A stretch of DNA of 62,954 nucleotides, filler included, from Catajapyx aquilonaris (GCA_000934665.2; 3 parts of 3 records of this genome joined end to end with filler, not necessarily neighbours in it), one strand, 5' to 3'. Shown: positions 35,601-44,655, counted from the whole stretch's first letter. A program made the numbers and translations. The notes: generated by a model from the sequence alone, not told the origin.

Positions 35601-36235
35601 ACTGGTACCACCTGCCGCGGAGCCATCCACTCACGCCCCGGGGTCAGGGAACACCACTTCTCCGCGAAGATGAAGGCACAGGACAACCCCTCCACTGTCA
35701 CAGGCACAGCCGCGGCCGCTTCAGGGCCGACCACGGTCTCTTCTGCCACCACTGCCTTGCAGGACTCCTTCGGCTCCCCTGCAGCAGACGCGTCATCCTC
35801 CAAGCGGAGGCTGACCCGCCCGTCACCAAGGCAATGCAGCTCGGCCCGGCTCCTCTGCAGCCAGTCCATCCCGAGCACGACGGGGAATCGCAGTCCCGAG
35901 ATGACCGCCGCTGTCACCTTCAGGGAAACGCCCACTTCCTGGAGTTCCCCACATATCTCTACCTCGCCAATAGGGGTGACCTTCCCTCCATCGGCGACCC
36001 CAAAGGGCCCTCCTACCCAGCTGGACAACGGCAGCCCTAACTCGGTGGCGATGTCCTGGCTGGCTACGCACCTGGATGCTCCGGTGTCCAGAAGGGCTCG
36101 GATGGTTCTCTCTCCCACTTTGAGGGTCACCGTGGGGAGAGTTCCCTGGTCACCGCCTCCTGCCCGGGTCCCTATCGCTCCCAGAAGATTTATTGCCGCC
36201 GGGGCGTCCCCTTTGCCCCGGCCGCTCCGTTTCCC
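32603..36235 (-). CDS. pol: Pol polyprotein (protease, RT, RNase H, integrase), entered by -1 frameshift from gag
   Basis: LLDTGAS (PR); CLDYRRLN, MPFGLCNAP, YLDDV (RT); HTDACDVGIGAVL, YSTTEKECLA (RH); H-x6-H..CIVC, VDYLGP, SDRGSHF, NGVVERFN, GPY (IN). The frame is open from 36469, but that start is not ATG. Confidence 0.96.
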   Translation of the reverse strand, partial: GKRSGRGKGDAPAAINLLGAIGTRAGGGDQGTLPTVTLKVGERTIRALLDTGASRCVASQDIATELGLPLSSWVGGPFGVADGGKVTPIGEVEICGELQEVGVSLKVTAAVISGLRFPVVLGMDWLQRSRAELHCLGDGRVSLRLEDDASAAGEPKESCKAVVAEETVVGPEAAAAVPVTVEGLSCAFIFAEKWCSLTPGREWMAPRQVVPVQEGRAAVWVVNASKEAVRLRAGVAVSSVEVWEEGQVVALLDGETCSEGSLHGVEVLNLHGLEEDLHVGSELTADEATQVRSLIAQFGSSFQKEGEGLGHTRVVQHRIRTGDHPPVRERPRRVHPEGRAEIRRQVDEMLEGDVIRESESAWCAPVLLVRKKNGQWRFCLDYRRLNAVTLKDQYPMPRIDDALDRLGGAKYFTNLDLTSGYWQVEVAEEDRHKTAFGTPDGLYEFNRMPFGLCNAPATFTRLMDRVLGSLKWTACLLYLDDVLVYGATLEEHQQRLSQVLEAIRKAGLVLNLKKCAFAQSFTTYLGHRISAAGVAPDPEKTAAVDRFPIPTKVKHVRSFLGIVGYYRRFVQGFAELARPLTALLKKKAGWRWGDTEEQAFQALKGALVTSPVLAHYQPTAETEVHTDACDVGIGAVLSQLQEDGQWKAVAYLSRTLTDPESRYSTTEKECLAVVWSIRKWRVYLCGRPFRVVTDHAALRWLTTKKELAGRLARWSLELQEYDYEVVHRPGSKHQNADALSRCPVSPAEDGELCLLAPLPEIAAMQRQEPEFQKWFHQAEEKSEGEDSFAVRDGLLYRLVKNGDRTRNRLVMPTALRRRMLEACHDAPAAGHAGVRRTVQKVVARVWWPNMRKDVSNYVAGCIVCQQRNRPPGKPHGKYVAPEVPERPFAKWGVDYLGPFPKSVWGRKYIVLAVDHLTNYVEARATAAATAEEARAFIQLRIFWRHAIPEVVVSDRGSHFVADVFEELLQQEGVRPIRTAPYHPQSNGVVERFNRTLEATLAKYSSSVADDDWDQHVGAAVWAYNTSSDGDAKSPYELAYGRRAVLPVDLELPRDIEDEQTGEQEAAWKEKRAAKLRRQEVNKAVLTARQAEPPAYLVGDLVWVYHPARQVGRSPKLRRPWTGPYRVRKQLGPVTYRVELLVPKGRRRGRKPACVVHVDRLKRYVSQQAVDWPPPETDAGQRTDAEPEGPGWAVAEPEGPGEAAAEPEGPG
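36183..36235 (-). promoter_or_regulatory. -1 programmed ribosomal frameshift signal
   Basis: G GGA AAC in the gag frame (36235-36229), 6-nt spacer, 8-bp stem GCCGGGGC/GCCCCGGC; the -1 frame is the pol frame (GKRSGRG). Confidence 0.85.
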
Positions 36236-37566
36236 GAAGACGCGCCAGTCGGGGATGGCGACCTGTGAGCAGACGGTGAGCTGCTTCGGTTCTGGAGGGA
36301 TGCCGTGCAGTCCCTTGCGAAATGTCCCAGGCCCTCGCACCGGAAACAGCGGGGGCTGGAACGGCCATCTTGACGTCCCTTGGACTCGCCACGCTGTCCT
36401 CCTTTGGACTCGTATGCGTCCTGGGAAATGGGCTGCCCATCCGGTCCATTGCGGCCTCCTCCCCGCCACCGTGACTTTGAGCGTTGACGACGTCTTCCTC
36501 CGTCATCACCTAGTCCACCTTCTTTCTTCGCGCCGGGATGCGGAAGGTGAGCAGGAAGGGCTCTGAGAGCCTGGAAGAAATCTTCCAGGGTCGCCACCTG
36601 TATCTGGCACAGGTACATGGCGTATTGGGGCGCCGCGTTCCCCTTGATCCGGCACATCTGGTCTGCGTCCGTCATGCCCGGATCCACGCGTCTGCACAGC
36701 CGCGTCACCTCCGTGGCATAGCGGATTAGGTCCTCGTTGGCCCCCTGGCGTCTCGACAGCAGCCTCATGCTCCAGTCCGCCCGCTCACCGCAGTGGAACT
36801 GCAGGAACTGTCTCCGCCACGTCTCCCAATTGACGTACCGGTGCCCCAGTCCCAACTGCCAATCTTGGGCCTGGTCGCGCAGGTGGCCCCTAACAACGCT
36901 CCACATACCTGCTGGCGTCGTCCCCTCCTGCGCCATCCTCTCCTCTATGCCGGTTATCCAATCCAGCGCATCCTCCTCTGGACGCCCGGAAAATGTTTCC
37001 AGTTGCAGCATGGGGTCCCAACGGCCCCTATGCGGCAACACTGCATCACTCCTCCCCCTCTGTACCGCCTGTTCCGTCTGGTACAGGTGTACGGGGGGAG
37101 GCTGCACCCTCGTACTCGGGGAGACCTCTGGCGGCCCGCGTCCTCTTGCGACGGCGGTCGCCAACAGCTTCAGCCCCTCGCCCAGCTCCCGCAACTGGGC
37201 CTGTAGCCCCTCATGCTGTCCATGCCGCCATGCCACCTCTTGCCTCAGCTCCCGCCTGAGGTCTTCAATGTCCCCCCGCAACAGTACCTCCACCTGTTGA
37301 ACGATGGAGGCCGTCGTTTCTTGCCGGGGACTTCCTTGCAACGACGCCAGGGTGGCAGCACCATCGTAGGTCTCTTGGGATACGCCATTCAACCCCACTG
37401 GCGGAGTTGCCATGGTGCCGTCACCTCCGCCCCCGCTGCTGCCCCCCTCCGGAGTCCCCGACGCATTATCCTCCCCGCCGGATCCACCTTCACTGTGGCT
37501 CACCTGCTCACCCCCGTCGCGGCTGTCCACCTGCAGAATAGCCTGCAGCTGGTTGCAGAGAGCCAT
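36190..37566 (-). CDS. gag: Gag (458 aa) with CCHC zinc knuckle
   Basis: ATG at 37566 just after the PBS; capsid-like FSGRPEEDALDW..LRDQAQDW..RRQGANEDL; CFRCEGLGHFARDC. Confidence 0.93.
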   Translation of the reverse strand: MALCNQLQAILQVDSRDGGEQVSHSEGGSGGEDNASGTPEGGSSGGGGDGTMATPPVGLNGVSQETYDGAATLASLQGSPRQETTASIVQQVEVLLRGDIEDLRRELRQEVAWRHGQHEGLQAQLRELGEGLKLLATAVARGRGPPEVSPSTRVQPPPVHLYQTEQAVQRGRSDAVLPHRGRWDPMLQLETFSGRPEEDALDWITGIEERMAQEGTTPAGMWSVVRGHLRDQAQDWQLGLGHRYVNWETWRRQFLQFHCGERADWSMRLLSRRQGANEDLIRYATEVTRLCRRVDPGMTDADQMCRIKGNAAPQYAMYLCQIQVATLEDFFQALRALPAHLPHPGAKKEGGLGDDGGRRRQRSKSRWRGGGRNGPDGQPISQDAYESKGGQRGESKGRQDGRSSPRCFRCEGLGHFARDCTASLQNRSSSPSAHRSPSPTGASSGNGAAGAKGTPRRQ

Positions 37567-37593
37567 CACTTCCGGTTCACACGCGAATCGTCA

Positions 37594-37611
37594 ATCCCAC
37601 TTCTGACACCA
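37594..37611 (-). promoter_or_regulatory. Primer-binding site complementary to the tRNA-Leu(CAA) 3' end
   Basis: TGGTGTCAGAAGTGGGAT, 3 nt inside the 5' LTR; complement of ...ATCCCACTTCTGACACCA. Confidence 0.88.
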
Positions 37612-37614
37612 ATT

Positions 37615-37976
37615 TGTAGTGGCACTCCACCAAGGAAGGCACCACAAGGACAATCACGGGGAAGGGAAGGGTTAACGAGGCGGGGGAAATGATAACACGG
37701 GAAAAATGGGCACACAATCTTATTCCAGAATATACACGTCTGTTGCTAGGAGGGACCCGGCTCTAACTGCCCTTTCTTTCTTTCTTCCTTCTTGACCCCT
37801 CCCTCCCCCTCCACCCCCAGCATCTCCATCTGTCCTTTCTTCCCAGTCTTCGGGTTTCTTGGAAAACTCCAGAAAGTGGGGCGTGGGAACAGGAGGGGGA
37901 CCCGAGGAAGGAATGCGGGGGAGTAAGAGGACCTCCCCCACTCCGCCGAAGCGGGGGAGGAACCCAGAACACTACA
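37615..37976 (-). repeat. 5' LTR
   Basis: 362 bp, same sequence as 31958-32319, adjacent to the PBS. Confidence 0.97.
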
Positions 37977-38380
37977 GTATTCAAATTTCAGCTCAATGGG
38001 ATCACTGAAAAAAGTTACGCCCACAAAACAAATAGTTTGGCAAATGGTTGGAATACTAAACATTTTGATGACCCCATTTAATAACGTTATTCCTCGGACA
38101 TCCTTAGAGCAGTGCCTTTATCTTCTTAAGCGCTGGTCTAAATTCCTGGGTGCACAGATCTCGGTTCTTCTTGCTCTGAATAAAACGACGTCCATCTGAC
38201 TATTTCTGGGTATTGTTATCAAAGTCGGTCTAACAGAATCTACTATAGTAACACATTGGAAAGTATACAGGCAGGATCATGGATCGAGTAAATGCATTTT
38301 TCTGACTCTTGTGAATATTTGTTCAAATATACACCGACCAAAATTATTTCAGGTGTACGACGCGTCGCATGGAAGAAGAT

Positions 38381-38447
38381 ATGGACTGGGATCCCAGTCC
38401 GGAAGTAATGGACTGGGAACCCAGTCCGGAAGTAATGGATCCCAGTC
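38381..38447. repeat. 27-bp palindromic tandem repeat (2 copies plus a deleted third)
   Basis: atggactggga(t/a)cccagtccggaagta twice, then atggatcccagtc. Confidence 0.85.
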
Positions 38448-38734
38448 ATGAGGTGACGAGGTCATGGACAGCGCCACAGTTCAATGCGGGTTGATAGAAT
38501 AACCACACACAACCCAAGCGCACATGACCAAAGCTCACCGGCCCAAGCTCATTCAGCCCCAAGCGTACAGGGCCTGAAGTCCACTGGGAACGAGCGCGAA
38601 CGGACTTTTCGCAACCGTCCTAAACGTACTCAACCAAGCGCCAACCGGAAACAAATGTCATGCTGCACTCGGCCCAAGCGAATTCGTCCCAGTCGCATTC
38701 TGCAACAAGCGAATTCGGGCCTGTCCTGACCCTG

Positions 38735-38894
38735 GAGGCGTATACTCATCCAGGTCACTCGCAATCGACAAAGTCGATTGACGTCAAAATGACGTCGCCA
38801 ATTCTTCTCGCCCTGCCCTGGTCATCATTGGCGGCGTCATTTTGACGTCAATCGACTTTGTCGATTGCGAGTGACCTGGATGAGTATACGCCTC
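38735..38894. mobile_element. Young 160-bp foldback MITE with 3-bp CTG TSD (Harbinger-like)
   Basis: CTG-GAGGCGTATACTCATCCAGGTCACTCGCAATCGACAAAGTCGATTGACGTCAAAATGACG ... exact reverse complement-CTG. Confidence 0.85.
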
Positions 38895-39107
38895 CTGCCC
38901 AAGCGCACGGAGAAAATGTAAACACATGCTCGAGTGATATCAGAGGCCTGGTGTCGCTGTATGTAAAAAAAAAAAAAAGTGCTGGAATCTCCAAAATGGC
39001 TCTGATATCACTCCAACGTTACAGAATTCTGGTTCTTGCAGTCAAAGGAATAATGCAACAATTTTTATAAATTATTATGCCCAGATAAGCCAGTTATGCA
39101 CAATATA

Positions 39108-39275
39108 CAGGGTGGTCGCTTTACGATTGACGTAGCAGCGACGTGTAAAATTGCCCACTTCGATGGCGCCGAAGATGCGCCGAAGTGGGACATTTTACGC
39201 GTCGCTGCTACGTCATCGCAAAATCACTGCTATTAATCGCCGTTATAAAACGACACTTGATGTTGGACCACCCTG
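39108..39275. mobile_element. Short CAGGGTG-type MITE
   Basis: TA-CAGGGTGGTC ... GACCACCCTG; internal palindrome tgacgtagcagcgacg / cgtcgctgctacgtca. Confidence 0.65.
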
Positions 39276-39495
39276 TGTAAGCATTCTACAAGTTATTATT
39301 TACAGTGTAGCAATGACATGTAAAATGGCATTCTAACACTAGTTAACAGAGTATTGCCTTTTATTATTGTTGTTATTTATACTATTTATATAATTATGTA
39401 TTTATACAGAGAAACCTTGACTTATGGCTTCCATATACAGGGTAGGCCTACTCCATATGTCTGGATCCATAAGAGTTATTATTGTCGGGACGACG

Positions 39496-41344
39496 CACAG
39501 TGGGCGCGGAGCCCAATTTAGGACGACATAAATGAAAATGCTATCAAATCGGGCACATTTTCCAATTTTGAGGATTGTAAAGGATAGGTTATGCATGCCA
39601 TGTGATCTTCATGTTCATTGAATAATCATTGTGGTCAATGTTGGTGTAGCCTAATAACTAAATTTGGTTTCGATTTTAATTGACCAGGATAAAAATTACA
39701 GGAATAAGACTGTAATGATTGTTCTTTCTTGAAGGCACATATACAGGGTGTATCTGAACTCAGTGCCCCGACGTATATGACTGCCTTCCTAGCCACCAGA
39801 GGATCAACTTATGTAGAGGAGTCATTATGTCTGGGCAGCCTCATTACTGAGATACACTCTTTAGCGATTTTTGCCTAATCGCTCCTTCTGACTTTTAAAT
39901 AGAATTTTCTGGTGTAACTAGCCAAAGAGGCCTTACCACCTGTGGGCAACAAACCAACAAAGTCCCGTCCCCAGACCTTCCAGAGCCTTCTGACTGGGGG
40001 AGGGTTCGATGGGTGGCCTAACCGACAGGATATTTTGTACTACATGTTTGCGGCCTATTATCTCCGTAATGAGGCTGCCCAGACATATGATTCCTATACT
40101 TAAATCGATCCTCTGGTGGCTAGGAAGGCAGTCATATACGACTACGTCGGGGCACTGAGTTCAGATACACCCTGTATATATTATCCAGAAAAAGCAATAC
40201 AACAAAATAATCAGCTTTATAAAATCATAAAATCATAAAATTTGCCCATCACTTCATTGGTGTATCTTACGAATCTTCTTCATCACTGGACATTCCACAG
40301 ACCTCAATTGGTGTTAGGGCAATGTCCGGTTCTTTGAGAAGCCCGAGCACTTCCTATGATAGGGACGGGTATTCTTCCTAATTGCTGATAAGCCTCTGCA
40401 CTGACCCTTCTCTGTAATCCCATTAACTATTTTCAAAACTTTTAATTTTGCACTTTTCACTGCAAAATTGAATTCCTTGTCGTCGATAACCCAACTGAGC
40501 ATGCAACATTTGTCCCAATATTGAATAAATCATAATTATCAACACTACCCTCTTACTTTTGCGTAATATTTCGCTTAAATATAATAGCTCTGGATGAGAA
40601 ACTTTTACATGCAAGGATAGGTAATTTACACTGCAGAATTCAAAATTGTCGTTAAAAATGAAGATAAGTGAATATTTAAATGACTTGCTGGGATTAGTGA
40701 AAGGAGCCAGTGGAAGGTTCCTGTCAATCAAGGGGGTAGGTAGCCAGGCGAGGTGCGAAGTAGTGGGCGCACGTGGTAGGGCTCTACCCTGGAGCCTCCT
40801 TGGTCTAGCGCAGGGTCACACTAATTCAACATACTACCCGACAAGCGGGGGCTATCGGGGGCTAATTTTTTATACTTGCATCCGTTAGGCTTTAAACCAT
40901 TTATTGCATATTGTCAGCGAGTGGTGCAAAGCGGTGCAAGTTGCTTAATCTTACTTTTTGTGCAACGTTTCTTACGTATAAGGAGGGGTCAAGTGTTTAT
41001 TCAAAAATAACATAAGCTAAATTCTCACCAGAGGATATTTGTGCTTAAATATCAAGTGCGTCGTCAAATCACGTAGGAAAAATAATTTCAGCCATTTTCA
41101 CCCACGCATATGACAACCAGGGAATATTGTAATAACTGCATGAAACGCATCGCGAAATCCAAAACGGAAGAGGGGCAAAGTGTCGGCCTCCAAATAGGAA
41201 AAAAAGGGGCAGTGTTTTCCAATTTCCAATCTCAAGTGTCATTGTGGAAGTCTTGTCTTTCATTTACTGTTCCTTAAAGGATGTTTTGATAAAATTCGCA
41301 AAACCTATTTATGTCGTCCTAAATTGGGCTCCGCGCCCACTGTG
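39496..41344. mobile_element. Transib-type DNA transposon (internally deleted)
   Basis: Perfect 38-bp TIR CACAGTGGGCGCGGAGCCCAATTTAGGACGACATAAAT; TSD CGACG at 39491-39495 and 41345-41349; weak transposase-like C-terminus on minus (EVLGLLKEPDI..SSDEEDS*). Confidence 0.85.
39744..40174. mobile_element. Tc1/mariner-type MITE nested in the second Transib
   Basis: TA-CAGGGTGTATCTGAACTCAGTGCCCCGACGTA ... TACGTCGGGGCACTGAGTTCAGATACACCCTG-TA. Confidence 0.85.
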
Positions 41345-41543
41345 CGACGTGAGTGGATTCGGATAATGAGTTATTGAGTAAACTTGTTATTGTGGTTCTG
41401 AACTTCTGATAGTCAGACATATCTAATGGTCCAGATTTACAGGCACCCTGTAGTTTGCTCGAATTCATGGTTCAGTTCCTAGTGTGCCTCATAATATTAT
41501 AATTATTGTCATGGTCCCAATAGAAAATGATGAATCAACACAA

Positions 41544-41632
41544 TGGTAAAAGTTCCTCGTGATGTTGCCAACATCACGAGGAACTTTTACCAAACGTGAT
41601 GAATTGTCTACGGTAGACAATTCATCACGTTT
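41544..41632. repeat. Two abutting perfect palindromes (24+1+24 and 20+1+20)
   Basis: TGGTAAAAGTTCCTCGTGATGTTG-C-CAACATCACGAGGAACTTTTACCA and AAACGTGATGAATTGTCTAC-G-GTAGACAATTCATCACGTTT, sharing base 41592. Confidence 0.95.
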
Positions 41633-42311
41633 CTGTGAATTTATGGTACTCTCAAGTCACATCACAGCCACTGCCATGTTCTTACTTCTTAAACACTAGA
41701 GAGGGAGAAATGCTCTAAAAGGGTTGCTGATATTTGAGGGCGTGTCCTTCCGTGTCTTTCCTGATGTCCCACATACAATAGTGTTAACCAACACAACAGA
41801 GGTGCATCACTGGCTGCCAACGACGTTGCTTCATGCCACATCTACTTTGTACCAGCCATCATGAAGGGTCCAAGTCCAGGCGCATGTGCTGATCTGACGT
41901 CTCCAGAGGGCATGGAGCTCCTTCCAAATATCAAGACGGGGTTGGGTCACCCAAGTCCAGATGAGCAGCTGCAAGTTGTACACCTGAGGGATGCCTTGGA
42001 GCTCTCGTAGCTTTGACTACCCAGCACTGTGCATGGATCACCCTATAAATTTGGAGGCTGTGATTGAGTCATTGCAATACCCTGAGTAGAGCATGTCTTG
42101 GCTCTGTAGTACACATGATCAGTACATCATGTTATTCTTGAGTTACCAAGTGTCTCGAAGGGTCCAACTAGTTATAATTTGTTATTCATGTACCATTATA
42201 TTTATGTAGCACTTTGTACAGTGCTGGACACAATAGCATATAACAAGTGTAAACAACGACTTTGGCATTACCTGGCAACTGGGCGTGTTCGGACATCGGC
42301 ATGTGGAGAGT

Positions 42312-42411
42312 NNNNNNNNNNNNNNNNNNNNNNNNNNNNNNNNNNNNNNNNNNNNTTAATTAATTAANNNNNNNNNNNNNNNNNNNNNNNNNNNNNNNNN
42401 NNNNNNNNNNN
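42312..42411. other. Artificial contig join (N44 + TTAATTAATTAA + N44)
   Basis: Same 100-nt construct as 21582-21681. Confidence 0.95.
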
Positions 42412-43173
42412 CGGCTACACCGGCGGTGCGAACACAACGCAGCACCCGTCCCTCGGCCCAACTTGCCCTCCGCGAGTGGGAAAAATCGTCGTGATCGTGC
42501 GCCCTTAATATTTCATCTGTGAAAGTATTGCACTATGTTTACCCTGACACAAATGTAGAGTTGCCAGATGGGGATTTTTTTTTTCAACAGGGGTATCACC
42601 TATTAGGGCTCAAAATGAGTGTGGCAACGCTACTTTAGATTCCCACAAAAACCAACGCAGTCTTTCCGTGGACAACCTTTATGATATATCTACGACCCAT
42701 TTTTGTAGCAAGCGTTTGAATCCATCGCGATGTCTTGAGCGGTCTCGTGAGCAGTCTTGCGAGCTGTGAAGTATTCTGGACGCAGCCAACTTCCTCTTAT
42801 TTCCACCAGGTGGCGATGTCTGTGGATAGCCATTAATGCAGGGTAGTGTAGTCTCCTCAGTATGGCTAGCCTTCAGTTTTGCAATAGTACAAAGTGTTTC
42901 ATAAATATACTAACCAACTCTTATGGCGACCTTGTGTGAGCTGGAGGATCCCTTCATGTAGGGAGGTCCTTTGTCTCAGCAGCCAAGTTATGGAGAAAAT
43001 GGGCTGTCGCTATGTAGTATAACATCCTGGAAGGTTACATCTGAACATACACTGGGTCTATCCAAAACTACACAATCATGTGTGGCCGGCTTTTGTAATT
43101 GAGGTATCCGTGGTGTAAATGAAATCTGTCTGATAACATTTGCACATCAAATTATTGCTGTAACAGTTTTCCA

Positions 43174-43390
43174 TTACAACAGCTTTTCAAAACTACGCCT
43201 TTGAGCAAGTGTGCAAGCTCTGGGATGACTTACCGTGGACTGCCATACCTGATAAAAAATCCCATCTGTTTCATGAATCTCTTTCCATGGCACCACAACT
43301 CATGTGAGATCATCTGTGGTCACTGGGGTCTCATATTCTAAACTTCTTACATCCACCCAACCAACACAAACAAAATTGAGGTCCACGCTG
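43174..43390 (-). pseudogene. Tc1/mariner-superfamily transposase C-terminal remnant
   Basis: SVDLNF..VRSLEYETPVTTDDLT*..DGIFYQVWQS..RAC..RSFEKLL* resembles KxxVYETPV..DL..GIFxxVxQS..AC..FExLL. Confidence 0.65.
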
Positions 43391-43533
43391 GACTTGATGC
43401 ATTGTCCCAGACCACACACTTGTTGTACTTGGTGGCACCGGTAGCCGAGACTGAATAACAGTATGTTATCATCAGTCCAAGTAAAATGCATTTGGGCAAG
43501 AGCTGACTATCAAATACACCAAACAGCTGATGT

Positions 43534-43828
43534 GGGGGAGGTGCGGTGGCCGAGATGGTAACGTCTCTGCTTGCTAAGTGAACGGTCCCAGGTTCGATCC
43601 CCACCTTGGAGCTCCCTTTCTTTTTCTCCCTTCTTCCCTTTTATTTCTTAAGGGTTGGGACAACCCTGCCCCAGATGGAGATCTCGTAGGGAATGGGTAC
43701 ATGTTGGTCTTTGGCGGCTGTGTGTAAAATGTGTGGTGTGAGCTAGTGGGGCATGATACACGGTCTTGGCTAGGTTGTGCTAGGGCTAAGATGTACTCAC
43801 TACCACCTGGGCTTAATAAAGCCAGTAT
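43534..43828 (+). mobile_element. tRNA-derived SINE (family-A head, different body and tail)
   Basis: GGGGAGGTGCGGTGGCCGAGATGGTAACGTCTCTGCTTGCTAAGTGAA..GGTTCGATCCCC, followed by a body unrelated to the family-A copies. Confidence 0.7.
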
Positions 43829-44183
43829 TTTGGGAATTGCAATTGATAAAAATTTTGTTATTGTATGCAATGTGACTAGTAATAATTTTATCACATTTTG
43901 ACAATTTACTATGCCATACTGACATTTGACATAATTTCAATACTTTGATAATGCCCCTAATTTGGTGTGCTGGTAACCCCTACTATTCTGGGGTGTCCCA
44001 AGGCAGCCAAAGTTGTGGCCAGTGTTCCAATTTTGAGATTAATTCAGAGTGATAACTAGCAGAAACAGGGTTGAAATGCCAGTCATGACCCCGGTGCTAT
44101 TTTTTGAACTATCGACTGTAGCTGAAATGCTCCTGATACTCATAATCTAAATGGGGCCTGGTTATGGAAGCCATGTTTTTGAC

Positions 44184-44331
44184 GTGGATACGTCTTTAAA
44201 ATCGAATCAGGGGGCATGATTGCAAACTCGAGCATTACAGAAAAGTGTTACAGTCTATTATAACCGGTGCTTTTCTGTAACACTCGAGTTTGCCTGCATG
44301 CCCCCTGATCCGATTTTAAAGACGTATCCAC
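44184..44331. mobile_element. Foldback repeat upstream of the first visible Rab1 exon
   Basis: GTGGATACGTCTTTAAAATCG..GGGGGCATG / CATGCCCCC..CGATTTTAAAGACGTATCCAC. Confidence 0.7.
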
Positions 44332-44470
44332 ACCTACATGCCCCCGCCATTATAGTCGAGAAAAGTGAAACATAATGTACGTTGAGCCCGCAAATGCTGC
44401 GACTTGTGTCCCTGACACAACCTGATGTAATTTTTTGTTGGCCACTTATTTGTAATTCTGTCCTTTACAG

Positions 44471-44543
44471 TGATTACCTCTTCAAGCTGCTGCTTATTGG
44501 AGATTCAGGAGTTGGAAAATCTTGCTTGCTATTGAGATTTGCC
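44471..44543 (+). CDS. Rab1: Rab1 GTPase, coding exon 2
   Basis: tttacag|T GAT TAC..=(Y)[24 protein letters not shown]|gtgagt; P-loop; 73 nt. Confidence 0.97.
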
Positions 44544-44607
44544 GTGAGTATCTAAACTAAGACTTATGCTATCAGTATGTGTTTCTAATTAAACATGTTT
44601 CTTTTAG

Positions 44608-44655
44608 GATGATACATACACAGAAAGCTACATCAGCACCATTGGAGTAGATTTT
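44608..44655 (+). CDS. Rab1: Rab1 coding exon 3
   Basis: ttttag|DDTYTESYISTIGVDF|gtaagt. Confidence 0.97.

Larger units (their letters stand above)
31958..37976 (-). mobile_element. Full-length Ty3/Gypsy LTR retrotransposon (6019 bp)
   Basis: Two 362-bp LTRs (TGTAGTG...CACTACA); TSD GTAT at 31954-31957 and 37977-37980; PBS, PPT, gag, and pol in PR-RT-RH-IN order. Confidence 0.98.

Noticed and set aside
35568..36566. 332-aa plus-strand ORF and other antisense ORFs over gag/pol (e.g. 32202-32954, 32768-33550)
   Set aside because: They are expected shadows of GC-rich coding sequence, mostly with non-ATG starts and no recognisable domains.
41700..42215. Possible decayed Tc1 transposase (LRDALE..GCD*VIA)
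   Set aside because: Only faint similarity with many stops; not supportable by eye.
42803..42815. CTCF-like motif CCACCAGGTGGCG (similar ones at ~15527-15552 and ~59160-59170)
   Set aside because: Short motifs like this occur by chance and inside transposons; there is no functional evidence.
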